Of a DNA stretch of 64,000 nucleotides, positions 11,019 to 27,426 are shown piece after piece; the first letter of the stretch is position 1, and each line of letters opens with the position of its first letter. The notes below the pieces were generated by a model. The model saw nothing but the letters and a program-made list of their open reading frames with translations. It was not told where the DNA came from and made no database searches. Both the position numbers and the translations under genes were made by a program. This DNA is from a phage. Where the stretch lies: sequence record OZ336096.1. One strand, given 5' to 3'.

Positions 11019-11257
11019 ATGGGTAACACTCTACAGACACCACTAACTGATGCTGCTGTAGAGGCAACCTATGAAGAAGCAGACGAGATGAAATTTGTGC
11101 TTGCTATTTATGGTATGGAAGGGTGTAAAGAAACACTTGACCAACTCTTTGCTATGACATTCTCTGATTTATTATCATTGAGACAATTTCTTGAGATTCA
11201 GAGGTCGTATAAAGAGGAAATTGCTTACAACGAACTTAGAAGAGCAGGAAAAATGTA

Positions 11258-11258
<1 letters not shown>
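11019..11258 (+). CDS. tail assembly chaperone-associated small protein
   Basis: 79-aa ORF immediately upstream of tape measure; has its own ATG. Confidence 0.4.
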
Positions 11259-19253
<7,995 letters not shown>

Positions 19254-19255
19254 TA

Positions 19256-20428
19256 ATGGCAGTAGGTGAAATTCAAATTAGTGCCTTGCCTCAAGCAGCC
19301 TTACCAATTGAACTTAGTGATATCTTCCATCTTAAGCAGGGTATTGAGGATAAGAGATGTACTCTTGAGCAATTACTTGCTCCACACTCAAGCCTAAGAA
19401 ATAACCCTCATGGTGTTACTAAAACACAAATTGGTTTAGATAATGTTATTAACGCTCTTCAGTTAGTTGCTGCAAATAACTTATCAGATATTGTTAATGT
19501 AGCTGAGGCAAGAGCAAATCTACAGATTATGTCTTCAGAAGAGGTTAATAACCTTGTTCAACAGCATATTAATGATAAGAGTAACCCACACAATACAACT
19601 AAGGCACAGGTAGGGTTGAGTAATGTTCAGAACTGGACAACGTCGAACCTTTATAACGAAGATGCAGATAAGTATGCTACAGCAAGAGCAGTAAATAACT
19701 TGTACAAGGCTGTTCAGGCTTCTTATCCAGTAGGTACTATCCATCTCTCTATGAATCCTGCAAACCCTTCTACATATTTAATTTGTGGAGGAACTTGGGA
19801 GTTAGTTTCAAAGGGTAGAGCGTTGGTTGGTTATGACTCTGATACAAGACCAGCAGGTTCTGTATTTGGTGCTTCAACTGTCACTTTGTCAGTTAATAAT
19901 ATGCCTCAACACTCTCACTCTGTATCTCTTAGTGGTGGTGGTCATACCCATAATGCAACTGTGTCAATTTCAGCTTTTGACTATGGAACTAAGACTACCA
20001 ACTCTTTTGACTATGGAACAAAGGATACTAATACAACGGGTAACCATACGCACAACGTATCAGGTAACACAAGTACAAATGGTACTCACAACCACGATGT
20101 GTACCCTAGAGAAAATGATGGTACTGGTAATGCTGTAGCTGACTCCGATGGTGGTGGTGCAAGAAGAACATCAAGGACATCTAGTGATGGTGCACACTCA
20201 CATAGCTTTAATGTTACATCTGGTGCATCCGGTGACCACAGCCACACAGTCGGTATTGGTGCTCACAGCCACACAGTTGGTATTGGTTCACATACACACA
20301 GTGGTACTGTGACAGTTTCTTCTTCTGAGCATACACATAGTGGTAATACGAATAGTGTTGGTGGAGGTCAGGCAGTTAATATTGAACAGCCATCCTTTGT
20401 ACTGTATGTATGGCAGAGAACAGCTTAA
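19256..20428 (+). CDS. tail fibre protein with His-rich HxH tip
   Basis: 390-aa ORF; C-terminal region rich in HSHS/HTHN/GAHSHTVGIGAHSHTV repeats like T4 gp37/gp12-type metal-binding fibre tips; followed by terminator. Confidence 0.7.
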   Translation: MAVGEIQISALPQAALPIELSDIFHLKQGIEDKRCTLEQLLAPHSSLRNNPHGVTKTQIGLDNVINALQLVAANNLSDIVNVAEARANLQIMSSEEVNNLVQQHINDKSNPHNTTKAQVGLSNVQNWTTSNLYNEDADKYATARAVNNLYKAVQASYPVGTIHLSMNPANPSTYLICGGTWELVSKGRALVGYDSDTRPAGSVFGASTVTLSVNNMPQHSHSVSLSGGGHTHNATVSISAFDYGTKTTNSFDYGTKDTNTTGNHTHNVSGNTSTNGTHNHDVYPRENDGTGNAVADSDGGGARRTSRTSSDGAHSHSFNVTSGASGDHSHTVGIGAHSHTVGIGSHTHSGTVTVSSSEHTHSGNTNSVGGGQAVNIEQPSFVLYVWQRTA

Positions 20429-20437
20429 TTTCTTTAC

Positions 20438-20460
20438 AGGGGCTTGAAAGCCCCTTTTTA
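20438..20460 (+). terminator. rho-independent terminator after first tail-fibre gene
   Basis: Perfect 8-bp stem AGGGGCTT/AAGCCCCT followed by TTTTT. Confidence 0.8.
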
Positions 20461-20474
20461 GAGGAAAATTTATA

Positions 20475-22829
20475 ATGGCAGATTACAAGTTGAGTGAATT
20501 AAACTCAATCGACACAATCCGTTCAGATGACCTTCTTCATGTCAGAGTTAAAAAGAGACCTGAAATGCTGGGTGATGAAGACCGTCGAATGACCTATCAA
20601 GATTTCTTAGCATCTTTTAAACTTGAAAGATTTGTTCAGATTGCTGGTAGTACTATGACAGGTGACTTAGGGATTGTTAAGTTACTTTATGGTGGTAAGG
20701 TAGTATTTAACCCGACAGGCTCTTCTGAGATTAATATTGGGGATGTTTTAAAGACTTTTAAAATTAACGCAAATGGTCTTAAACTAACTATTGCAGATGC
20801 TTCAAGGTCGGCAACTGTTTATCATACTCTTAATAAACCAAGCCCTAATGAACTTGGGATGCGAACTAATGAAGAGAATGATGCAAGATACTCAAGATTA
20901 GCTGTAAATAACACATTTAGAGGTACTCAAGCTATTCTCTCTGACAATGAAGCTCTTATTGCTAAGAATATTACACAAGGAATGCCACTGTATATTCGTG
21001 GTCAAGATGCAGATGGTACTAATAGGTGGTATCTAGGTAATGATAATAGAGGAACAGACAACCTTGTTTTAAAAAACGTTAAATCTGGTGCATACGTAGC
21101 GATTTTAGCTAACCTAATCTCTGTGAACAAATCAATCCAAATCACTGGTCAAGTTAAACCTTCTGACTTCTCTAACTTAGATGCTAGATACTTTACTCAG
21201 ACAGCAGCTAATCAGAGATTTGCTCAGTTAACTGGTAATAACACATTTAGTGGCTCTAACACTTTCACTAATTTTGTTATTAAGAAGAATGCTAATGCTA
21301 TTACTATTCAAAATGTAGATACAACTACGGCTTTGTATATCCAAGCAAGAAAGTCAGATGGAACTAATAAATGGTACATTGGTAATGATGGTCGTGAAGA
21401 CATTGTAAACATCTATAACTATTTAGCAAAAACACAAATCTCACTAGGCGACACCATTACTATGAGTAGAACAGTCCAAATTGGTGGTCAAGTTCAACCT
21501 TCTGATTGGGCTAATATTGACTCTAGATATATTCCAGCAGCTACTTTGAATAATCTTCCTAAACTTAATGTGGCAAATACTTTTACAAATGTGCAGACTA
21601 TTGTATCTAACAATGAAGGTCTAGTATTGAGGAACTTAACACAGGGGCTTCCACAATATATCCGTGGTGTTGATACTGCGAATGTATCTAGGTGGTGGGT
21701 AGGTGTAGGTGGCGCAAACTCTAATGATGTAGCCTTAAACAACAGCTACTCTGGGACTCAAATTACTCTTATGCCTTCAGCGGTTAAGGCTAATAAGAAT
21801 CTAATCATTACTGGTCAAGTTCAACCTTCTGACTTCTCTAACTTAGATGCTAGATACTATACCCAAGCTGCCGCAAACTCAAGATATATGCTTGCAAGCA
21901 TCACTGGTTCGGCTTCTGAAGCAGATGGTGGTGATGGTGTTGCATGGGATGCAAAAACAGGTCTTTATAAGGTTACTAACACCACTGGACAGTCTTCTTC
22001 ACTTGTATATCACATGTTTTTAGGGGCTAGTTCTACACCATCTGCACAATTAAAGTTTTCGTTTAAAAATGGTGGGATGTGGTATAGAACATCAAGAGAT
22101 GCCTATGGCTTCGAAGTTAATTGGTCTAAAGTTTACACGGAAGCACAAAAACCAACCCCTTCAGAGATTGGTGCATACACTAAAGCTGAAACTGACCAGA
22201 AAATTGCAACAGCAATTAGTGACTCTACAGACCTTAACAAAATCTATCCAGTTGGTATTGTAACGTGGTTTAACAGTAATGTTGACCCTAATACAGCACT
22301 TCCTGGGTTGACTTGGACGTACCTGAACAATGGTGTTGGCAGAACTATCAGAATCGCAGCAGCAAACGGTTCAGATGTTGCTACAACTGGTGGTTCAGAT
22401 TCTGTGACGTTAGCTGTTGGTAACTTACCGTCACACACCCATAGTTTCTCTGCTACCACTTCATCTTTTGATTATGGTACGAAGAACACTAATAGCACTG
22501 GTGCGCACACCCACTCAGTTAGTGGTACTGCTGCATCTGCTGGACAACACGCGCACAAGATTTCACAGGGTGATAACGCTAACGTTCCATCAGGTAGAGT
22601 CGCGTCTTCAAACTCTAGACAGACCCATGTTGGTTGGACTGAAAATGATGGTGCACACACTCACTCAGTTAGTGGTACTGCTGCATCTGCTGGTGCTCAC
22701 ACTCACTCTGTAGGTATTGGTGCTCACAGCCACACAGTTAGTGGTAACACTGGTGGTACAGGTTCTGGTTCAGCATTTAGTGTTACTAACCAGTTCTACA
22801 AGTTAATGGCTTGGGTAAGAACTGCTTAA
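20475..22829 (+). CDS. long tail fibre protein
   Basis: 784-aa ORF with three internal ~110-aa repeats (ITGQV(K/Q)PSDFSNLDARY...) and the same C-terminal HxH region and ...W(V/Q)RTA ending as the upstream fibre gene. Confidence 0.75.
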   Translation: MADYKLSELNSIDTIRSDDLLHVRVKKRPEMLGDEDRRMTYQDFLASFKLERFVQIAGSTMTGDLGIVKLLYGGKVVFNPTGSSEINIGDVLKTFKINANGLKLTIADASRSATVYHTLNKPSPNELGMRTNEENDARYSRLAVNNTFRGTQAILSDNEALIAKNITQGMPLYIRGQDADGTNRWYLGNDNRGTDNLVLKNVKSGAYVAILANLISVNKSIQITGQVKPSDFSNLDARYFTQTAANQRFAQLTGNNTFSGSNTFTNFVIKKNANAITIQNVDTTTALYIQARKSDGTNKWYIGNDGREDIVNIYNYLAKTQISLGDTITMSRTVQIGGQVQPSDWANIDSRYIPAATLNNLPKLNVANTFTNVQTIVSNNEGLVLRNLTQGLPQYIRGVDTANVSRWWVGVGGANSNDVALNNSYSGTQITLMPSAVKANKNLIITGQVQPSDFSNLDARYYTQAAANSRYMLASITGSASEADGGDGVAWDAKTGLYKVTNTTGQSSSLVYHMFLGASSTPSAQLKFSFKNGGMWYRTSRDAYGFEVNWSKVYTEAQKPTPSEIGAYTKAETDQKIATAISDSTDLNKIYPVGIVTWFNSNVDPNTALPGLTWTYLNNGVGRTIRIAAANGSDVATTGGSDSVTLAVGNLPSHTHSFSATTSSFDYGTKNTNSTGAHTHSVSGTAASAGQHAHKISQGDNANVPSGRVASSNSRQTHVGWTENDGAHTHSVSGTAASAGAHTHSVGIGAHSHTVSGNTGGTGSGSAFSVTNQFYKLMAWVRTA
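21141..21200 (+). repeat. intragenic direct repeat in long tail-fibre gene (unit 1)
   Basis: ACTGGTCAAGTTAAACCTTCTGACTTCTCTAACTTAGATGCTAGATAC recurs near-identically at ~21810; coordinates approximate. Confidence 0.7.
21807..21866 (+). repeat. intragenic direct repeat in long tail-fibre gene (unit 2)
   Basis: Near-identical to 21141-21200; a more diverged third unit lies near 21481. Confidence 0.7.
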
Positions 22830-22836
22830 TCCCTTA

Positions 22837-22865
22837 TTGACTGATTGTTAAGATGGTGTTAATAT
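22837..22865 (+). promoter_or_regulatory. sigma70-like promoter (TTGACT-17-TAATAT)
   Basis: -35 at 22837-22842, 17-bp spacer, -10 at 22860-22865; upstream of 22908 gene. Confidence 0.5.
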
Positions 22866-22907
22866 TCTTTAGGGTATTCTCACCATCTTGGCTGATGAGG
22901 TGATTAA

Positions 22908-23102
22908 ATGCCTACAATCCTAGCAATTCTTCTAAAAAATCTAGGTAGCTTCTTCTGGAAACTCATTTTATCCCTTCTAAGTGAATACATGATTGAGAAA
23001 GTGTTCTTTAGGCTTGCAAGATACCTTGCGAGTAAGACAGACACACCTATTGATGATGAGTTCGTAGATAACTTAGAAAAAGCTTTTAAGGGGGAGAAAT
23101 AA
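22908..23102 (+). CDS. small hydrophobic protein
   Basis: 64-aa ORF with hydrophobic N-terminus; preceded by TTGACT-17-TAATAT promoter-like element. Confidence 0.35.
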   Translation: MPTILAILLKNLGSFFWKLILSLLSEYMIEKVFFRLARYLASKTDTPIDDEFVDNLEKAFKGEK

Positions 23103-23474
23103 ATGAAGTGGCTAGAGGAGGCTTTTAAAAATAATATTGGTGCAATTGTAGTTGGTATTTTTAGTGTTATTGGGATGTATACCACCATGCAAGTCTCGGA
23201 TGGTAAGCAAGAAGTGTCTATCACAACAAAGTTACAGCAGTTAGATAATTATTCCAAAAGTAATTATTCAGCTATTCGTGATTTACAGTCTGATATGAGG
23301 CTGCTTCAGCTAGGGATGGAGAACCAGAAAGTTCAGTTAGAGAATGTTAAGGGAGAGAACGCAAAACTTACTAAGACTCTTGATAAATTCTCTGATAGTG
23401 TGAACAATCTGGCTCAATCAGTATCAGCCCTCCAAGCTATTACTGAAAAGAACACAAAGAATACTGAAAAGTAA
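23103..23474 (+). CDS. membrane-anchored coiled-coil protein
   Basis: 123-aa ORF with N-terminal hydrophobic helix (IGAIVVGIFSVIGMY) and Q/L/N-rich coiled coil; followed by terminator. Confidence 0.4.
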   Translation: MKWLEEAFKNNIGAIVVGIFSVIGMYTTMQVSDGKQEVSITTKLQQLDNYSKSNYSAIRDLQSDMRLLQLGMENQKVQLENVKGENAKLTKTLDKFSDSVNNLAQSVSALQAITEKNTKNTEK

Positions 23475-23479
23475 AGTTT

Positions 23480-23512
23480 AAGGCTCCTTTTTACGGGAGC
23501 CTTTTTGTTTTA
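23480..23512. terminator. bidirectional rho-independent terminator between convergent blocks
   Basis: AAGGCTCC-loop-GGAGCCTT followed by T-run on + strand, A/T-rich on the other side; lies between + gene ending 23474 and thyA ending 23510. Confidence 0.8.
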
Positions 23513-24409
23513 TTTACCTACTGACAAAGGTGCTTCAATCTTTCCTGCATGTTGGTAATTGTTAATACCACCAATAAAGTCACTTGCAGTGAGATGTTTT
23601 AAGTCACTTAAAGTGTTAAGTGGGATACCAATCTCAAAAGTTGGTGCATGGAACTCTTCATTGTTCATCAGTTCATAAACCTGCTTCATATGATTATGAT
23701 AAATCTGAGTATCTCCAAAGACACCTATCAAGTACCGTGGAGTGTATCCAGTCATCTTACAAAGAACTTCCAGAATAAAACCATAAGATGCAATATTAAA
23801 CGGAAGTCCTAAAAAGGTGTCTACTGAACGCTGATACCATTGTAAGTCAACTTCACCCTCGTTAGTAATATAAATCTGAAACAGAACATGACAAGGTGCT
23901 AGAGCCATTGAGTTTGCTGCAATATCTGCTGCATTCCAAGCATTAACAAGCATGTAACGGTCTGTGATATCACCCTTCATCTTCGTTACTAAGGTTTCTA
24001 ACTGGTCTACAACACAACCATTATGACCTTCAAAGTTTCTCCACTGAACTCCGTAGATTCTTCCACCTGCATCCTCTAACCAATCTTGTTCAGAAGAATA
24101 ATTAGAGCTTAACCAGCGTTTAAAATCATCTGACCAGATAGTCCAGCGGTCTCCGTCATTTTCACCCCAAGTACGGTAACGAAGTTCACCCAGTTTATTC
24201 TCACCATTCAGGAACCATAAAGCTTCCCCGATAACTTGCCGTGTAAACACCTGTTTAGATGTTAAGAGTGGGAAACCAGTTCTCATATCAAAACGAAACT
24301 GTGGTGGAGCAAATGCAGAGATAACATCTCCAGTTCGTGTAGTACGCAGTTCACCAACGGATAAAACATGGTTCAGGATATTTTTGTAACTTGAATCTGC
24401 TTGTGACAT
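23510..24409 (-). CDS. thyA: thymidylate synthase
   Basis: 299-aa translation matches ThyA hallmarks (RTGTG-like RTTRTGD, FPLLTSK, EALWFLNGE); intact, no intron. Confidence 0.9.
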   Translation of the reverse strand: MSQADSSYKNILNHVLSVGELRTTRTGDVISAFAPPQFRFDMRTGFPLLTSKQVFTRQVIGEALWFLNGENKLGELRYRTWGENDGDRWTIWSDDFKRWLSSNYSSEQDWLEDAGGRIYGVQWRNFEGHNGCVVDQLETLVTKMKGDITDRYMLVNAWNAADIAANSMALAPCHVLFQIYITNEGEVDLQWYQRSVDTFLGLPFNIASYGFILEVLCKMTGYTPRYLIGVFGDTQIYHNHMKQVYELMNNEEFHAPTFEIGIPLNTLSDLKHLTASDFIGGINNYQHAGKIEAPLSVGK

Positions 24410-24410
24410 A

Positions 24411-24956
24411 TCAAAAGTGTCCTTTTACTTGTGGAACATAAATTTCAAAGGTTGCTTTACCATCATCTGAGGGTCTTGACTGCACCTTTGCAAATACACG
24501 GCTATCATACAACTTATCGAAGAAGTTTTCAAAAGGTAAATGCACAGTGGCCTCTTCAGTTACTTTATGGAAGACTGTGTGGAACACTACATCAGCATAC
24601 GGTAAAGCATTTACAAGGACACCTACACCACCAATTACAAAGACATCTTCATCAATAGAGCTATCAAGATACTTCAAAAATGCTCCAAAGGATTCTTTAC
24701 TGGCCTTAGCATACATTACATCATCTTTGTCAAAGTCTATACCTAAATATGGTACAGAGTTTGTTAAGACGAGGTTTGTACGTTCTGGTAAAGGTTTACT
24801 ACCCAGAGTCTTAAAAGTTTCATTACCCATGACTACTAAGTTGTCTTTAGTGAGTCTCTTAAACTCTTGCATATCCTGTTTATGTCGAGGCCACGGCATA
24901 CCAGTTGGAGTACCAAACTCCCCATTTTCACCACTTGCAAAGATTAATTTAATCAT
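24411..24956 (-). CDS. folA: dihydrofolate reductase
   Basis: 181-aa translation with DHFR pattern (MIKLIFA...GMPWP...VVMGNETFKTLG...PLPERTNLVLT); adjacent to thyA. Confidence 0.85.
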   Translation of the reverse strand: MIKLIFASGENGEFGTPTGMPWPRHKQDMQEFKRLTKDNLVVMGNETFKTLGSKPLPERTNLVLTNSVPYLGIDFDKDDVMYAKASKESFGAFLKYLDSSIDEDVFVIGGVGVLVNALPYADVVFHTVFHKVTEEATVHLPFENFFDKLYDSRVFAKVQSRPSDDGKATFEIYVPQVKGHF

Positions 24957-25213
24957 TTTGTAAATCCTTTCTTAATGAACCAGTTGATAACATTCTTCAC
25001 AGCTTTATTGCTATGGTAGATTAAGTGTGGTGTAGGTTGGTATGCACCATAAGCCCAGAAAGCAATGATTTCATTACACCCTGTACACCTTGTGCTCTCT
25101 TCAGCGATATGACCGTTGACTATTTCACTTACCTCACCTTGTAAGTCTGTACACCCACAATGTGGACATCGGATAGGTGTTCCATCAGACTCATAGCAGT
25201 GTTCAATTTTCAT
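24953..25213 (-). CDS. zinc-ribbon protein
   Basis: 86-aa ORF with CPHCGC ... CTGCN cysteine pairs. Confidence 0.5.
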   Translation of the reverse strand: MKIEHCYESDGTPIRCPHCGCTDLQGEVSEIVNGHIAEESTRCTGCNEIIAFWAYGAYQPTPHLIYHSNKAVKNVINWFIKKGFTK

Positions 25214-25735
25214 TTATTTAACCTCAAAAACTGGCTCAAGAACCAATATAAAGTCTACACAGTCATCTTCTTCATCCAGAATACCATCAAAGTTCTTAGG
25301 AACGAAGTCGAAGAGGCTCATAACAAAACAGTCAGAAGTGACCCTGATAGTCCCTCCAATATTCTCTACAGTTAACACTGTACGACTTTCTTTTACCTCC
25401 CTCAGAAGATTATCCACAAAGTCATCTAAGAAGTACTTCATCAGTGACTTAAAACCTTTAGGGTAATCTGTACCAGAGTATGTTTCAATCTGAGGCACAA
25501 GCTTAACATTTATACTAGTCTTTGTTAAGAACGTGTTAGAGAACATACTATCAGGTAACTTACAAACAGTCTTTCCAGTACCTTCATGTTCAATCTCAAC
25601 AAAACCAGCTTCGTCACCACATGTAGCTATTTTAAAAGATGCCTCATTCTCATACTGTGAAGCCATAAACTTTTTAAGCATTTCTTTAAGGAAATCTGCA
25701 TGAGCATCTTGTAAGTAGATATCAATCATAATCAA
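25214..25735 (-). CDS. hypothetical protein
   Basis: 173-aa ORF in leftward early block. Confidence 0.45.
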   Translation of the reverse strand: MIMIDIYLQDAHADFLKEMLKKFMASQYENEASFKIATCGDEAGFVEIEHEGTGKTVCKLPDSMFSNTFLTKTSINVKLVPQIETYSGTDYPKGFKSLMKYFLDDFVDNLLREVKESRTVLTVENIGGTIRVTSDCFVMSLFDFVPKNFDGILDEEDDCVDFILVLEPVFEVK

Positions 25736-25742
25736 TCACCTA

Positions 25743-26102
25743 TTATGGGAACAAGCACTTAATGTCATCGTTTTTGAAAACGAAGCTTGTGTAGTTATGA
25801 CCGTCAACATCCAGCCAAACAGCCTGAACATCTACACCATCAAGGTTGTGGTAAAGCTCTTTGATGAAGTGGTCTTTCACAATCTGACTGCTAGTAGTTT
25901 CCAGCTTAATGTTCGAGATTGCTGAACCTACAGCCATGTAGCCCATGACACGTTTCTTCTCAGTATGCTTAATCTTTCCATCTTTGTAAGCCATAATGAG
26001 ATTGGAAAGAATTTTTACACCATAATACTTTTCAAGGTGAGTAGGTACACCATAAAAGCCTAATGCGAAGTTTTCAGAGTGGATAATGTTTTCACGTTTC
26101 AT
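25743..26102 (-). CDS. hypothetical protein
   Basis: 119-aa ORF. Confidence 0.45.
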   Translation of the reverse strand: MKRENIIHSENFALGFYGVPTHLEKYYGVKILSNLIMAYKDGKIKHTEKKRVMGYMAVGSAISNIKLETTSSQIVKDHFIKELYHNLDGVDVQAVWLDVDGHNYTSFVFKNDDIKCLFP

Positions 26103-26103
26103 G

Positions 26104-26433
26104 TTAATCTGCCAACCTTAAATTGAAATTAACACCAAATTTTTCACATACTTCCAACATATACTCAAGGGAGACGTTACCAGTGAGATGGATTATGTTG
26201 GATACACGAGCCTGAGAGATACCACAAATTTTAGCGACTTGCTCTTGAGAAAGACCTCTGGATTTAATCTCTCTCTTAAAACGATGTGCAACGAAATCTC
26301 TCATTTCGTCTACATCCATTGGACAGATGTAATTTTCCATTTCAGCCTCTCTATCAGCCTCCCAATCATCTTGTGGAGCATAAGGGTCAAAAACCTCATT
26401 CATCTTTCTTCTTCCGTTTGCGTGAAGCATCAA
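26104..26433 (-). CDS. HTH (XRE-family-like) DNA-binding protein
   Basis: Contains LSQEQVAKICGISQARVSNI helix-turn-helix signature; real start may be the internal ATG near 26403. Confidence 0.55.
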   Translation of the reverse strand: MMLHANGRRKMNEVFDPYAPQDDWEADREAEMENYICPMDVDEMRDFVAHRFKREIKSRGLSQEQVAKICGISQARVSNIIHLTGNVSLEYMLEVCEKFGVNFNLRLAD

Positions 26434-26608
26434 TCAATGAATCTATGTTTGTAGCTCTAACCTTTTCACGTTCATCGTTAAGATAATCATCAAGAGCCTT
26501 TTCAATCTGTGAATCATCTTGACAGATAACTGTAAAGACTGTAAAGCCGTCTGTATCGTCAATTATCTTACCATAACCGCTTCTGGGATGTAACTTTTTA
26601 AGAGCCAT
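26396..26608 (-). CDS. hypothetical protein
   Basis: 70-aa ORF with basic C-terminus (RKRKKKDE). Confidence 0.4.
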   Translation of the reverse strand: MALKKLHPRSGYGKIIDDTDGFTVFTVICQDDSQIEKALDDYLNDEREKVRATNIDSLIDASRKRKKKDE

Positions 26609-26609
26609 A

Positions 26610-26993
26610 TTAGATACCTGTACAGCTTCTGTTTTCTAAGAAATACTCAACACCATACATAGCTTTTTGCATCAAATCTTCTTTAAACTGGATACGATGA
26701 TTGAGCATAGCCTGTACATCAATATCATCATGGTGTTTCTCTTTAATATTTGCAGATTGCAGGAAATACTCTGCAAGAACACGATATTGATAGTCAGTAA
26801 CCTTATCAGTCATCTCTGTTAAAGACTCTTCAGAGATTGGTTTAAGTAACTCACCATTAGCCAGAGCAACACCTTTTACAATCTGGCAAGTGTCTTCTGG
26901 AACACCTGATAAGTCCACATTTGGAAGTTCTGTTGCATTGACTGGTAAATTCATTGCCATAACCATTGCAGCAGCTAATAAAATCTTTTTCAT
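26610..26993 (-). CDS. secreted protein (signal peptide)
   Basis: 127-aa ORF starting MKKILLAAAMVMAMNLPVNA, a typical Sec signal peptide. Confidence 0.5.
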   Translation of the reverse strand: MKKILLAAAMVMAMNLPVNATELPNVDLSGVPEDTCQIVKGVALANGELLKPISEESLTEMTDKVTDYQYRVLAEYFLQSANIKEKHHDDIDVQAMLNHRIQFKEDLMQKAMYGVEYFLENRSCTGI

Positions 26994-27037
26994 AATGACC
27001 TCAAAGTTATATTAAATTTTGTATTACATTGAGTATA

Positions 27038-27084
27038 AAAATAAGCTATAACACCTGACTTGTCAACAGATTTTATAGCTTATT
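27038..27084. promoter_or_regulatory. 13-bp perfect inverted repeat flanking a TTGACA-containing 21-bp loop
   Basis: AAATAAGCTATAA ... TTATAGCTTATTT; on the - strand the hairpin is followed by a T-rich tract (possible ligase terminator) and encloses a -35-like TTGACA. Confidence 0.4.
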
Positions 27085-27426
27085 TGGCAGATTTTTTATA
27101 AGGCTACTGCCATCCTTCCATACCAGACTACACCATGCCAGACCAGACTTCACATCACCCTACCGTGCAATACATTACTTAAAAAACCTCTTAGAAAGAC
27201 TCTTAAGTGATGCTGGTGAGTACCCGTTGGTTTATGCTGCTCAGTATACTCACCAAATTTTCTATGTCAACAACTTTTATATAAAAGTCCTGATAGCTAT
27301 ATGTGTTACAAAACAGAAGATTGTGAACAAAACACCCATTGCAAAAGATGTGTCCAAAAGCTTACTTGCAATGTATGACAATACAAAGACAACCAGTATA
27401 AACAGAATGACTGTACTGAACATAGT

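Noticed and set aside
19827-22713. His/Thr/Gln-rich ORFs inside the fibre genes (19827-20138, 22069-22263, 22417-22713)
   Set aside because: Alternative-frame readings of the repetitive HxH-coding region; low complexity and overlapping the supported fibre frames.
26994-27426. tRNA gene in the ligase-downstream intergenic region
   Set aside because: No acceptor-stem and T-loop (GTTCRA-like) arrangement could be assembled by eye; only hairpins were found. A covariance-model scan is still worthwhile.
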